Positions 43,876 through 57,700 of a DNA stretch of 64,000 nt are shown here, piece by piece. A program made the position numbers and the translations under genes. The stretch spans positions 19,592,001 through 19,656,000 of the forward strand of contig OZ059894.1 of the NCBI GenBank assembly GCA_964057225.1. The letters run 5' to 3'. This DNA comes from Auanema rhodensis. Lineage: Eukaryota; Animalia; Nematoda. Each line of letters starts with the position of its first letter. Positions within the stretch are counted from its first letter, which is position 1. The notes beneath the pieces are model-generated. The model was not told the DNA's origin. It did no database searches and saw nothing but the letters and a program-made list of their open reading frames with translations.

Positions 43876-46800
43876 AAATTTCAGAATAATTTAGCAAAAA
43901 GTAGATGTTTTTAGATTCCATTTTTCAAGGCAAAGACGATGGACAATGTTATTCAACGAAAAAATTAATTCTTCAGGGTGAAAATCGAGGATATAAGTGT
44001 GAACTTATATCAGTTGATATCTCGGTGGATTTTTAAGCTAGCGCAAATCTGATAACACAGATCGACGCAGCTTAAAAATCCGCATCGAATGCACTATACT
44101 ACATTGAAAAACGCTTAATACAAAAATTAGTTATGATCGTTTGAAAAATGATGCATTAGTGTATGTTGAGTTTCCATGTACACTCAACATTGCTTCCAAA
44201 AACATTTTGACAAAAAGTTTTTCGAAAAATTTCAAAATAATTTAGCAAAAAGTAGATGTTTTTAGATTCCATTTTTCAAGGCAAAGACGATGGACAATGT
44301 TATTCAACGAAAAAATTAATTCTTCAGGGTGAAAATCGAGGATATAAGTGTGAACTTATATCAGTTGATATCTCGGTGCATTTTTAAGCTAGCGCAAATC
44401 TGATAACACAGAACGACGCAGCTTAAAAATCCGCATCGAATGCACTATACTACATTGAGAAACGCTTAATACAAAAATTAGTTATGATCGTTTGAAAAAT
44501 GATGCATTAGTGTATGTTGAGTTTCCATGTACACTCAACATTGCTTCCAAAAACATTTTGACAAAAATTTTTTCGAAAAATTTCAGAATAATTTAGCAAA
44601 AAGTAGATGTTTTTAGATTCCTTTTTTCAAGGCAAAGACGATGGACAATGTTATTCAACGAAAAAATTAATTCTTCAGGGTGAAAATCGAGGATATAAGT
44701 GTGAACTTATATCAGTTGATATCTCGGTGCATTTTTAAGCTAGCGCAAATCTGATAACACAGAACGACGCAGCTTAAAAATTCGCATCGAATGCACTATA
44801 CTACATTGAAAAACGCTTAATACAAAAATTAGTTATGATCGTTTGAAAAATGATGCATTAGTGTATGTTGAGTTTCCATGTACACTCAACATTGCTTCCA
44901 AAAACATTTTGACAAAAATTTTTTCGAGAAATTTCAAAATAATTTAGCAAAAAGTAGATGTTTTTAGATTCCATTTTTCAAGGCAAAGACGATGGACAAT
45001 GTTATTCAACGAAAAAATTAATTCTTCAGGGTGAAAATCGAGGATATAAGTGTGAACTTATATCAGTTGATATCTCGGTGCATTTTTAAGCTAGCGCAAA
45101 TCTGATAACACAGAACGACGCAGCTTAAAAATTCGCATCGAATGCACTATACTACATTGAGAAACGCTTAATACAAAAATTAGTTATGATCGTTTGAAAA
45201 ATGATGCATTAGTGTATGTTGAGTTTCCATGTACACTCAACATTGCTTCCAAAAACATTTTGACAAAAATTTTTTCGAAAAATTTCAAAATAATTTAGCA
45301 AAAAGTAGATGTTTTTAGATTCCTTTTTTCAAGGCAAAGACGATGGACAATGTTATTCAACGAAAAAATTAATTCTTCAGGGTGAAAATCGAGGATATAA
45401 GTGTGAACTTATATCAGTTGATATCTCGGTGCATTTTTAAGCTAGCGCAAATCTGATAACACAGAACGACGCAGCTTAAAAATTCGCATCGAATGCACTA
45501 TACTACATTGAGAAACGCTTAATACAAAAATTAGTTATGATCGTTTGAAAAATGATGCATTAGTGTATGTTGAGTTTCCATGTACACTCAACATTGCTTC
45601 CAAAAACATTTTGACAAAAATTTTTTCGAAAAATTTCAGAATAATTTAGCAAAAAGTAGATGTTTTTAGATTCCATTTTTCAAGGCAAAGACGATGGACA
45701 ATGTTATTCAACGAAAAAATTAATTCTTCAGGGTGAAAATCGAGGATATAAGTGTGAACTTATATCAGTTGATATCTCGGTGCATTTTTAAGCTAGCGCA
45801 AATCTGATAACACAGAACGACGCAGCTTAAAAATTCGCATCGAATGCACTATACTACATTGAGAAACGCTTAATACAAAAATTAGTTATGATCGTTTGAA
45901 AAATGATGCATTAGTGTATGTTGAGTTTCCATGTACACTCAACATTGCTTCCAAAAACATTTTGACAAAAATTTTTTCGAAAAATTTCAGAATAATTTAG
46001 CAAAAAGTAGATGTTTTTAGATTCCATTTTTCAAGGCAAAGACGATGGACAATGTTATTCAACGAAAAAATTAATTCTTCAGGGTGAAAATCGAGGATAT
46101 AAGTGTGAACTTATATCAGTTGATATCTCGGTGGATTTTTAAGCTAGCGCAAATCTGATAACACAGATCGACGCAGCTTAAAAATCCGCATCGAATGCAC
46201 TATACTACATTGAAAAACGCTTAATACAAAAATTAGTTATGATCGTTTGAAAAATGATGCATTAGTGTATGTTGAGTTTCCATGTACACTCAACATTGCT
46301 TCCAAAAACATTTTGACAAAAAGTTTTTCGAAAAATTTCAAAATAATTTAGCAAAAAGTAGATGTTTTTAGATTCCATTTTTCAAGGCAAAGACGATGGA
46401 CAATGTTATTCAACGAAAAAATTAATTCTTCAGGGTGAAAATCGAGGATATAAGTGTGAACTTATATCAGTTGATATCTCGGTGCATTTTTAAGCTAGCG
46501 CAAATCTGATAACACAGAACGACGCAGCTTAAAAATCCGCATCGAATGCACTATACTACATTGAGAAACGCTTAATACAAAAATTAGTTATGATCGTTTG
46601 AAAAATGATGCATTAGTGTATGTTGAGTTTCCATGTACACTCAACATTGCTTCCAAAAACATTTTGACAAAAATTTTTTCGAAAAATTTCAGAATAATTT
46701 AGCAAAAAGTAGATGTTTTTAGATTCCTTTTTTCAAGGCAAAGACGATGGACAATGTTATTCAACGAAAAAATTAATTCTTCAGGGTGAAAATCGAGGAT

Positions 46801-48087
46801 ATAAGTGTGAACTTATATCAGTTGATATCTCGGTGCATTTTTAAGCTAGCGCAAATCTGATAACACAGAACGACGCAGCTTAAAAATTCGCATCGAATGC
46901 ACTATACTACATTGAAAAACGCTTAATACAAAAATTAGTTATGATCGTTTGAAAAATGATGCATTAGTGTATGTTGAGTTTCCATGTACACTCAACATTG
47001 CTTCCAAAAACATTTTGACAAAAATTTTTTCGAGAAATTTCAAAATAATTTAGCAAAAAGTAGATGTTTTTAGATTCCATTTTTCAAGGCAAAGACGATG
47101 GACAATGTTATTCAACGAAAAAATTAATTCTTCAGGGTGAAAATCGAGGATATAAGTGTGAACTTATATCAGTTGATATCTCGGTGCATTTTTAAGCTAG
47201 CGCAAATCTGATAACACAGAACGACGCAGCTTAAAAATTCGCATCGAATGCACTATACTACATTGAGAAACGCTTAATACAAAAATTAGTTATGATCGTT
47301 TGAAAAATGATGCATTAGTGTATGTTGAGTTTCCATGTACACTCAACATTGCTTCCAAAAACATTTTGACAAAAATTTTTTCGAAAAATTTCAAAATAAT
47401 TTAGCAAAAAGTAGATGTTTTTAGATTCCTTTTTTCAAGGCAAAGACGATGGACAATGTTATTCAACGAAAAAATTAATTCTTCAGGGTGAAAATCGAGG
47501 ATATAAGTGTGAACTTATATCAGTTGATATCTCGGTGCATTTTTAAGCTAGCGCAAATCTGATAACACAGAACGACGCAGCTTAAAAATTCGCATCGAAT
47601 GCACTATACTACATTGAGAAACGCTTAATACAAAAATTAGTTATGATCGTTTGAAAAATGATGCATTAGTGTATGTTGAGTTTCCATGTACACTCAACAT
47701 TGCTTCCAAAAACATTTTGACAAAAATTTTTTCGAAAAATTTCAGAATAATTTAGCAAAAAGTAGATGTTTTTAGATTCCATTTTTCAAGGCAAAGACGA
47801 TGGACAATGTTATTCAACGAAAAAATTAATTCTTCAGGGTGAAAATCGAGGATATAAGTGTGAACTTATATCAGTTGATATCTCGGTGCATTTTTAAGCT
47901 AGCGCAAATCTGATAACACAGATCGACGCAGCTTAAAAATCCGCATCGAATGCACTATACTACATTGAGAAACGCTTAATACAAAAATTAGTTATGATCG
48001 TTTGAAAAATGATGCATTAGTGTATGTTGAGTTTCCATGTACACTCAACATTGCTTCCAAAAACATTTTGACAAAACTTTTTTCGAG
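43876..48087. repeat. 6-monomer (2106 bp) tandem duplication, copies 126-131 and 132-137
   Basis: m153G at 44028 and 46134; m351G at 44928 and 47034; copies 126-130 match 132-136. Confidence 0.82.
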
Positions 48088-51000
48088 AAATTTCAAAATA
48101 ATTTAGCAAAAAGTAGATGTTTTTAGATTCCTTTTTTCAAGGCAAAGACGATGGACAATGTTATTCAACGAAAAAATTAATTCTTCAGGGTGAAAATCGA
48201 GGATATAAGTGTGAACTTATATCAGTTGATATCTCGGTGCATTTTTAAGCTAGCGCAAATCTGATAACACAGATCGACGCAGCTTAAAAATCCGCATCGA
48301 ATGCACTATACTACATTGAAAAACGCTTAATACAAAAATTAGTTATGATCGTTTGAAAAATGATGCATTAGTGTATGTTGAGTTTCCATGTACACTCAAC
48401 ATTGCTTCCAAAAACATTTTGACAAAAATTTTTTCGAAAAATTTCAAAATAATTTAGCAAAAAGTAGATGTTTTTAGATTTCTTTTTTCAAGGCAAAGAC
48501 GATGGACAATGTTATTCAACGAAAAAATTAATTCTTCAGGGTGAAAATCGAGGATATAAGTGTGAACTTATATCAGTTGATATCTCGGTGCATTTTTAAG
48601 CTAGCGCAAATCTGATAACACAGAACGACGCAGCTTAAAAATTCGCATCGAATGCACTATACTACATTGAGAAACGCTTAATACAAAAATTAGTTATGAT
48701 CGTTTGAAAAATGATGCATTAGTGTATGTTGAGTTTCCATGTACACTCAACATTGCTTCCAAAAACATTTTGACAAAAATTTTTTCGAAAAATTTCAAAA
48801 TAATTTAGCAAAAAGTAGATGTTTTTAGATTCCTTTTTTCAAGGCAAAGACGATGGACAATGTTATTCAACGAAAAAATTAATTCTTCAGGGTGAAAATC
48901 GAGGATATAAGTGTGAACTTATATCAGTTGATATCTCGGTGCATTTTTAAGCTAGCGCAAATCTGATAACACAGAACGACGCAGCTTAAAAATTCGCATC
49001 GAATGCACTATACTACATTGAGAAACGCTTAATACAAAAATTAGTTATGATCGTTTGAAAAATGATGCATTAGTGTATGTTGAGTTTCCATGTACACTCA
49101 ACATTGCTTCCAAAAACATTTTGACAAAACTTTTTTCGAGAAATTTCAAAATAATTTAGCAAAAAGTAGATGTTTTTAGATTCCTTTTTTCAAGGCAAAG
49201 ACGATGGACAATGTTATTCAACGAAAAAATTAATTCTTCAGGGTGAAAATCGAGGATATAAGTGTGAACTTATATCAGTTGATATCTCGGTGCATTTTTA
49301 AGCTAGCGCAAATCTGATAACACAGATCGACGCAGCTTAAAAATCCGCATCGAATGCACTATACTACATTGAAAAACGCTTAATACAAAAATTAGTTATG
49401 ATCGTTTGAAAAATGATGCATTAGTGTATGTTGAGTTTCCATGTACACTCAACATTGCTTCCAAAAACATTTTGACAAAAATTTTTTCGAAAAATTTCAA
49501 AATAATTTAGCAAAAAGTAGATGTTTTTAGATTTCTTTTTTCAAGGCAAAGACGATGGACAATGTTATTCAACGAAAAAATTAATTCTTCAGGGTGAAAA
49601 TCGAGGATATAAGTGTGAACTTATATCAGTTGATATCTCGGTGCATTTTTAAGCTAGCGCAAATCTGATAACACAGAACGACGCAGCTTAAAAATTCGCA
49701 TCGAATGCACTATACTACATTGAGAAACGCTTAATACAAAAATTAGTTATGATCGTTTGAAAAATGATGCATTAGTGTATGTTGAGTTTCCATGTACACT
49801 CAACATTGCTTCCAAAAACATTTTGACAAAAATTTTTTCGAAAAATTTCAAAATAATTTAGCAAAAAGTAGATGTTTTTAGATTCCTTTTTTCAAGGCAA
49901 AGACGATGGACAATGTTATTCAACGAAAAAATTAATTCTTCAGGGTGAAAATCGAGGATATAAGTGTGAACTTATATCAGTTGATATCTCGGTGCATTTT
50001 TAAGCTAGCGCAAATCTGATAACACAGAACGACGCAGCTTAAAAATTCGCATCGAATGCACTATACTACATTGAGAAACGCTTAATACAAAAATTAGTTA
50101 TGATCGTTTGAAAAATGATGCATTAGTGTATGTTGAGTTTCCATGTACACTCAACATTGCTTCCAAAAACATTTTGACAAAAATTTTTTCGAAAAATTTC
50201 AAAATAATTTAGCAAAAAGTAGATGTTTTTAGATTCCTTTTTTCAAGGCAAAGACGATGGACAATGTTATTCAACGAAAAAATTAATTCTTCAGGGTGAA
50301 AATCGAGGATATAAGTGTGAACTTATATCAGTTGATATCTCGGTGCATTTTTAAGCTAGCGCAAATCTGATAACACAGAACGACGCAGCTTAAAAATTCG
50401 CATCGAATGCACTATACTACATTGAGAAACGCTTAATACAAAAATTAGTTATGATCGTTTGAAAAATGATGCATTAGTGTATGTTGAGTTTCCATGTACA
50501 CTCAACATTGCTTCCAAAAACATTTTGACAAAAATTTTTTCGAAAAATTTCAGAATAATTTAGCAAAAAGTAGATGTTTTTAGATTCCATTTTTCAAGGC
50601 AAAGACGATGGACAATGTTATTCAACGAAAAAATTAATTCTTCAGGGTGAAAATCGAGGATATAAGTGTGAACTTATATCAGTTGATATCTCGGTGCATT
50701 TTTAAGCTAGCGCAAATCTGATAACACAGATCGACGCAGCTTAAAAATCCGCATCGAATGCACTATACTACATTGAGAAACGCTTAATACAAAAATTAGT
50801 TATGATCGTTTGAAAAATGATGCATTAGTGTATGTTGAGTTTCCATGTACACTCAACATTGCTTCCAAAAACATTTTGACAAAAATTTTTTCGAAAAATT
50901 TCAAAATAATTTAGCAAAAAGTAGATGTTTTTAGATTTCTTTTTTCAAGGCAAAGACGATGGACAATGTTATTCAACGAAAAAATTAATTCTTCAGGGTG

Positions 51001-54000
51001 AAAATCGAGGATATAAGTGTGAACTTATATCAGTTGATATCTCGGTGCATTTTTAAGCTAGCGCAAATCTGATAACACAGAACGACGCAGCTTAAAAATT
51101 CGCATCGAATGCACTATACTACATTGAGAAACGCTTAATACAAAAATTAGTTATGATCGTTTGAAAAATGATGCATTAGTGTATGTTGAGTTTCCATGTA
51201 CACTCAACATTGCTTCCAAAAACATTTTGACAAAAATTTTTTCGAAAAATTTCAGAATAATTTAGCAAAAAGTAGATGTTTTTAGATTCCATTTTTCAAG
51301 GCAAAGACGATGGACAATGTTATTCAACGAAAAAATTAATTCTTCAGGGTGAAAATCGAGGATATAAGTGTGAACTTATATCAGTTGATATCTCGGTGCA
51401 TTTTTAAGCTAGCGCAAATCTGATAACACAGATCGACGCAGCTTAAAAATCCGCATCGAATGCACTATACTACATTGAAAAACGCTTAATACAAAAATTA
51501 GTTATGATCGTTTGAAAAATGATGCATTAGTGTATGTTGAGTTTCCATGTACACTCAACATTGCTTCCAAAAACATTTTGACAAAAAGTTTTTCGAAAAA
51601 TTTCAAAATAATTTAGCAAAAAGTAGATGTTTTTAGATTCCATTTTTCAAGGCAAAGACGATGGACAATGTTATTCAACGAAAAAATTAATTCTTCAGGG
51701 TGAAAATCGAGGATATAAGTGTGAACTTATATCAGTTGATATCTCGGTGCATTTTTAAGCTAGCGCAAATCTGATAACACAGAACGACGCAGCTTAAAAA
51801 TCCGCATCGAATGCACTATACTACATTGAGAAACGCTTAATACAAAAATTAGTTATGATCGTTTGAAAAATGATGCATTAGTGTATGTTGAGTTTCCATG
51901 TACACTCAACATTGCTTCCAAAAACATTTTGACAAAAATTTTTTCGAAAAATTTCAGAATAATTTAGCAAAAAGTAGATGTTTTTAGATTCCTTTTTTCA
52001 AGGCAAAGACGATGGACAATGTTATTCAACGAAAAAATTAATTCTTCAGGGTGAAAATCGAGGATATAAGTGTGAACTTATATCAGTTGATATCTCGGTG
52101 CATTTTTAAGCTAGCGCAAATCTGATAACACAGAACGACGCAGCTTAAAAATTCGCATCGAATGCACTATACTACATTGAAAAACGCTTAATACAAAAAT
52201 TAGTTATGATCGTTTGAAAAATGATGCATTAGTGTATGTTGAGTTTCCATGTACACTCAACATTGCTTCCAAAAACATTTTGACAAAAATTTTTTCGAGA
52301 AATTTCAAAATAATTTAGCAAAAAGTAGATGTTTTTAGATTCCATTTTTCAAGGCAAAGACGATGGACAATGTTATTCAACGAAAAAATTAATTCTTCAG
52401 GGTGAAAATCGAGGATATAAGTGTGAACTTATATCAGTTGATATCTCGGTGCATTTTTAAGCTAGCGCAAATCTGATAACACAGAACGACGCAGCTTAAA
52501 AATCCGCATCGAATGCACTATACTACATTGAGAAACGCTTAATACAAAAATTAGTTATGATCGTTTGAAAAATGATGCATTAGTGTATGTTGAGTTTCCA
52601 TGTACACTCAACATTGCTTCCAAAAACATTTTGACAAAAATTTTTTCGAAAAATTTCAAAATAATTTAGCAAAAAGTAGATGTTTTTAGATTTCTTTTTT
52701 CAAGGCAAAGACGATGGACAATGTTATTCAACGAAAAAATTAATTCTTCAGGGTGAAAATCGAGGATATAAGTGTGAACTTATATCAGTTGATATCTCGG
52801 TGCATTTTTAAGCTAGCGCAAATCTGATAACACAGAACGACGCAGCTTAAAAATTCGCATCGAATGCACTATACTACATTGAGAAACGCTTAATACAAAA
52901 ATTAGTTATGATCGTTTGAAAAATGATGCATTAGTGTATGTTGAGTTTCCATGTACACTCAACATTGCTTCCAAAAACATTTTGACAAAAATTTTTTCGA
53001 AAAATTTCAGAATAATTTAGCAAAAAGTAGATGTTTTTAGATTCCATTTTTCAAGGCAAAGACGATGGACAATGTTATTCAACGAAAAAATTAATTCTTC
53101 AGGGTGAAAATCGAGGATATAAGTGTGAACTTATATCAGTTGATATCTCGGTGCATTTTTAAGCTAGCGCAAATCTGATAACACAGAACGACGCAGCTTA
53201 AAAATCCGCATCGAATGCACTATACTACATTGAGAAACGCTTAATACAAAAATTAGTTATGATCGTTTGAAAAATGATGCATTAGTGTATGTTGAGTTTC
53301 CATGTACACTCAACATTGCTTCCAAAAACATTTTGACAAAAATTTTTTCGAAAAATTTCAGAATAATTTAGCAAAAAGTAGATGTTTTTAGATTCCTTTT
53401 TTCAAGGCAAAGACGATGGACAATGTTATTCAACGAAAAAATTAATTCTTCAGGGTGAAAATCGAGGATATAAGTGTGAACTTATATCAGTTGATATCTC
53501 GGTGCATTTTTAAGCTAGCGCAAATCTGATAACACAGAACGACGCAGCTTAAAAATCCGCATCGAATGCACTATACTACATTGAGAAACGCTTAATACAA
53601 AAATTAGTTATGATCGTTTGAAAAATGATGCATTAGTGTATGTTGAGTTTCCATGTACACTCAACATTGCTTCCAAAAACATTTTGACAAAAATTTTTTC
53701 GAGAAATTTCAAAATAATTTAGCAAAAAGTAGATGTTTTTAGATTCCATTTTTCAAGGCAAAGACGATGGACAATGTTATTCAACGAAAAAATTAATTCT
53801 TCAGGGTGAAAATCGAGGATATAAGTGTGAACTTATATCAGTTGATATCTCGGTGCATTTTTAAGCTAGCGCAAATCTGATAACACAGAACGACGCAGCT
53901 TAAAAATCCGCATCGAATGCACTATACTACATTGAGAAACGCTTAATACAAAAATTAGTTATGATCGTTTGAAAAATGATGCATTAGTGTATGTTGAGTT

Positions 54001-54756
54001 TCCATGTACACTCAACATTGCTTCCAAAAACATTTTGACAAAAATTTTTTCGAAAAATTTCAAGATAAATTAGCAAAAAGTAGATGTTTTTAGATTCCTT
54101 TTTTCAAGGCAAAGACGATGGACAATGTTATTCAACGAAAAAATTAATTCTTCAGGGTGAAAATCGAGGATATAAGTGTGAACTTATATCAGTTGATATC
54201 TCGGTGCATTTTTAAGCTAGCGCAAATCTGATAACACAGAACGACGCAGCTTAAAAATTCGCATCGAATGCACTATACTACATTGAAAAACGCTTAATAC
54301 AAAAATTAGTTATGATCGTTTGAAAAATGATGCATTAGTGTATGTTGAGTTTCCATGTACACTCAACATTGCTTCCAAAAACATTTTGACAAAAATTTTT
54401 TCGAAAAATTTCGAAATAATTTAGCAAAAAGTAGATGTTTTTAGATTCCATTTTTCAAGGCAAAGACGATGGACAATGTTATTCAACGAAAAAATCAATT
54501 CTTCAGGGTGAAAATCGAGGATATAAGTGTGAACTTATATCAGTTGATATCTCGGTGCATTTTTAAGCTAGCGCAAATCTGATAACACAGAACGACGCAG
54601 CTTAAAAATCCGCATCGAATGCACTATACTACATTGAGAAACGCTTAATACAAAAATAAGTTATGATCGTTTGAAAAATGATGCATTAGTGTATGTTGAG
54701 TTTCCATGTACACTCAACATTGCTTCCAAAAACATTTTGACAAAAATTTTTTCGAG

Positions 54757-57700
54757 AAATTTCAAAATAATTTAGCAAAAAGTAGATGTTTTTAGATTCC
54801 TTTTTTCAAGGCAAAGACGATGGACAATGTTATTCAACGAAAAAATTAATTCTTCAGGGTGAAAATCGAGGATATAAGTGTGAACTTATATCAGTTGATA
54901 TCTCGGTGCATTTTTAAGCTAGCGCAAATCTGATAACACAGATCGACGCAGCTTAAAAATCCGCATCGAATGCACTATACTACATTGAGAAACGCTTAAT
55001 ACAAAAATTAGTTATGATCGTTTGAAAAATGATGCATTAGTGTATGTTGAGTTTCCATGTACACTCAACATTGCTTCCAAAAACATTTTGACAAAATTTT
55101 TTTCGAAAAATTTCAGAATAATTTAGCAAAAAGTAGATGTTTTTAGATTCCATTTTTCAAGGCAAAGACGATGGACAATGTTATTCAACGAAAAAATTAA
55201 TTCTTCAGGGTGAAAATCGAGGATATAAGTGTGAACTTATATCAGTTGATATCTCGGTGAATTTTTAAGCTAGCGCAAATCTGATAACACAGATCGACGC
55301 AGCTTAAAAATCCGCATCGAATGCATTATACTACATTGAGAAACGCTTAATACAAAAATTAGTTATGATCGTTTGAAAAATGATGCGTTAGTGTATGTTG
55401 AGTTTCCATGTACACTCAACATTGCTTCCAAAAACATTTTGACAAAAATTTTTTCGAAAAATTTCAAAATAATTTAGCAAAAAGTAGATGTTTTTAGATT
55501 CCATTTTTTAAGGCAAAGACGATGGACAATGTTATTCAACGGAAAAATTAATTCTTCAGGGTGAAAATCGAGGATATAAGTGTGAACTTATATCAGTTGA
55601 TATCTCGGTGCATTTTTAAGCTAGCGCAAATCTGATAACACAGAACGACGCAGCTTAAAAATCCGCATCGAATGCACTATACTACATTGAGAAACGCTTA
55701 ATACAAAAATTAGTTATGATGGTTTGAAAAATGATGCATTAGTGTATGTTGAGTTTCCATGTACACTCAACATTGCTTCCAAAAACATTTTGACAAAACT
55801 TTTTTCGAGAAATTTCAAAATAATTTAGCAAAAAGTAGATGTTTTTAGATTCCTTTTTTCAAGGCAAAGACGATGGACAATGTTATTCAACGAAAAAATT
55901 AATTCTTCAGGGTGAAAATCGAGGATATAAGTGTGAACTTATATCAGTTGATATCTCGGTGCATTTTTAAGCTAGCGCAAATCTGATAACACAGATCGAC
56001 GCAGCTTAAAAATCCGCATCGAATGCACTATACTACATTGAGAAACGCTTAATACAAAAATTAGTTATGATCGTTTGAAAAATGATGCATTAGTGTATGT
56101 TGAGTTTCCATGTACACTCAACATTGCTTCCAAAAACATTTTGACAAAAATTTTTTCGAAAAATTTCAGAATAATTTAGCAAAAAGTAGATGTTTTTAGA
56201 TTCCTTTTTTCAAGGCAAAGACGATGGACAATGTTATTCAACGAAAAAATTAATTCTTCAGGGTGAAAATCGAGGATATAAGTGTGAACTTATATCAGTT
56301 GATATCTCGGTGCATTTTTAAGCTAGCGCAAATCTGATAACACAGAACGACGCAGCTTAAAAATTCGCATCGAATGCACTATACTACATTGAAAAACGCT
56401 TAATACAAAAATTAGTTATGATCGTTTGAAAAATGATGCATTAGTGTATGTTGAGTTTCCATGTACACTCAACATTGCTTCCAAAAACATTTTGACAAAA
56501 ATTTTTTCGAAAAATTTCAGAATAATTTAGCAAAAAGTAGATGTTTTTAGATTTCATTTTTTAAGGCAAAGACGATGGACAATGTTATTCAACGGAAAAA
56601 TTAATTCTTCAGGGTGAAAATCGAGGATATAAGTGTGAACTTATATCAGTTGATATCTCGGTGCATTTTTAAGCTAGCGCAAATCTGATAACACAGATCG
56701 ACGCAGCTTAAAAATCCGCATCGAATGCACTATACTACATTGAGAAACGCTTAATACAAAAATTAGTTATGATCGTTTGAAAAATGATGCATTAGTGTAT
56801 GTTGAGTTTCCATGTACACTCAACATTGCTTCCAAAAACATTTTGACAAAATTTTTTTCGAAAAATTTCAGAATAATTTAGCAAAAAGTAGATGTTTTTA
56901 GATTCCATTTTTCAAGGCAAAGACGATGGACAATGTTATTCAACGAAAAAATTAATTCTTCAGGGTGAAAATCGAGGATATAAGTGTGAACTTATATCAG
57001 TTGATATCTCGGTGAATTTTTAAGCTAGCGCAAATCTGATAACACAGATCGACGCAGCTTAAAAATCCGCATCGAATGCATTATACTACATTGAGAAACG
57101 CTTAATACAAAAATTAGTTATGATCGTTTGAAAAATGATGCGTTAGTGTATGTTGAGTTTCCATGTACACTCAACATTGCTTCCAAAAACATTTTGACAA
57201 AAATTTTTTCGAAAAATTTCAAAATAATTTAGCAAAAAGTAGATGTTTTTAGATTCCATTTTTTAAGGCAAAGACGATGGACAATGTTATTCAACGGAAA
57301 AATTAATTCTTCAGGGTGAAAATCGAGGATATAAGTGTGAACTTATATCAGTTGATATCTCGGTGCATTTTTAAGCTAGCGCAAATCTGATAACACAGAA
57401 CGACGCAGCTTAAAAATCCGCATCGAATGCACTATACTACATTGAGAAACGCTTAATACAAAAATTAGTTATGATGGTTTGAAAAATGATGCATTAGTGT
57501 ATGTTGAGTTTCCATGTACACTCAACATTGCTTCCAAAAACATTTTGACAAAACTTTTTTCGAGAAATTTCAAAATAATTTAGCAAAAAGTAGATGTTTT
57601 TAGATTCCTTTTTTCAAGGCAAAGACGATGGACAATGTTATTCAACGAAAAAATTAATTCTTCAGGGTGAAAATCGAGGATATAAGTGTGAACTTATATC

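Noticed and set aside
55260-55312. m153A as a compensatory partner of m205T
   Set aside because: The m153A copies carry m205C, so the two changes do not occur in the same monomer.
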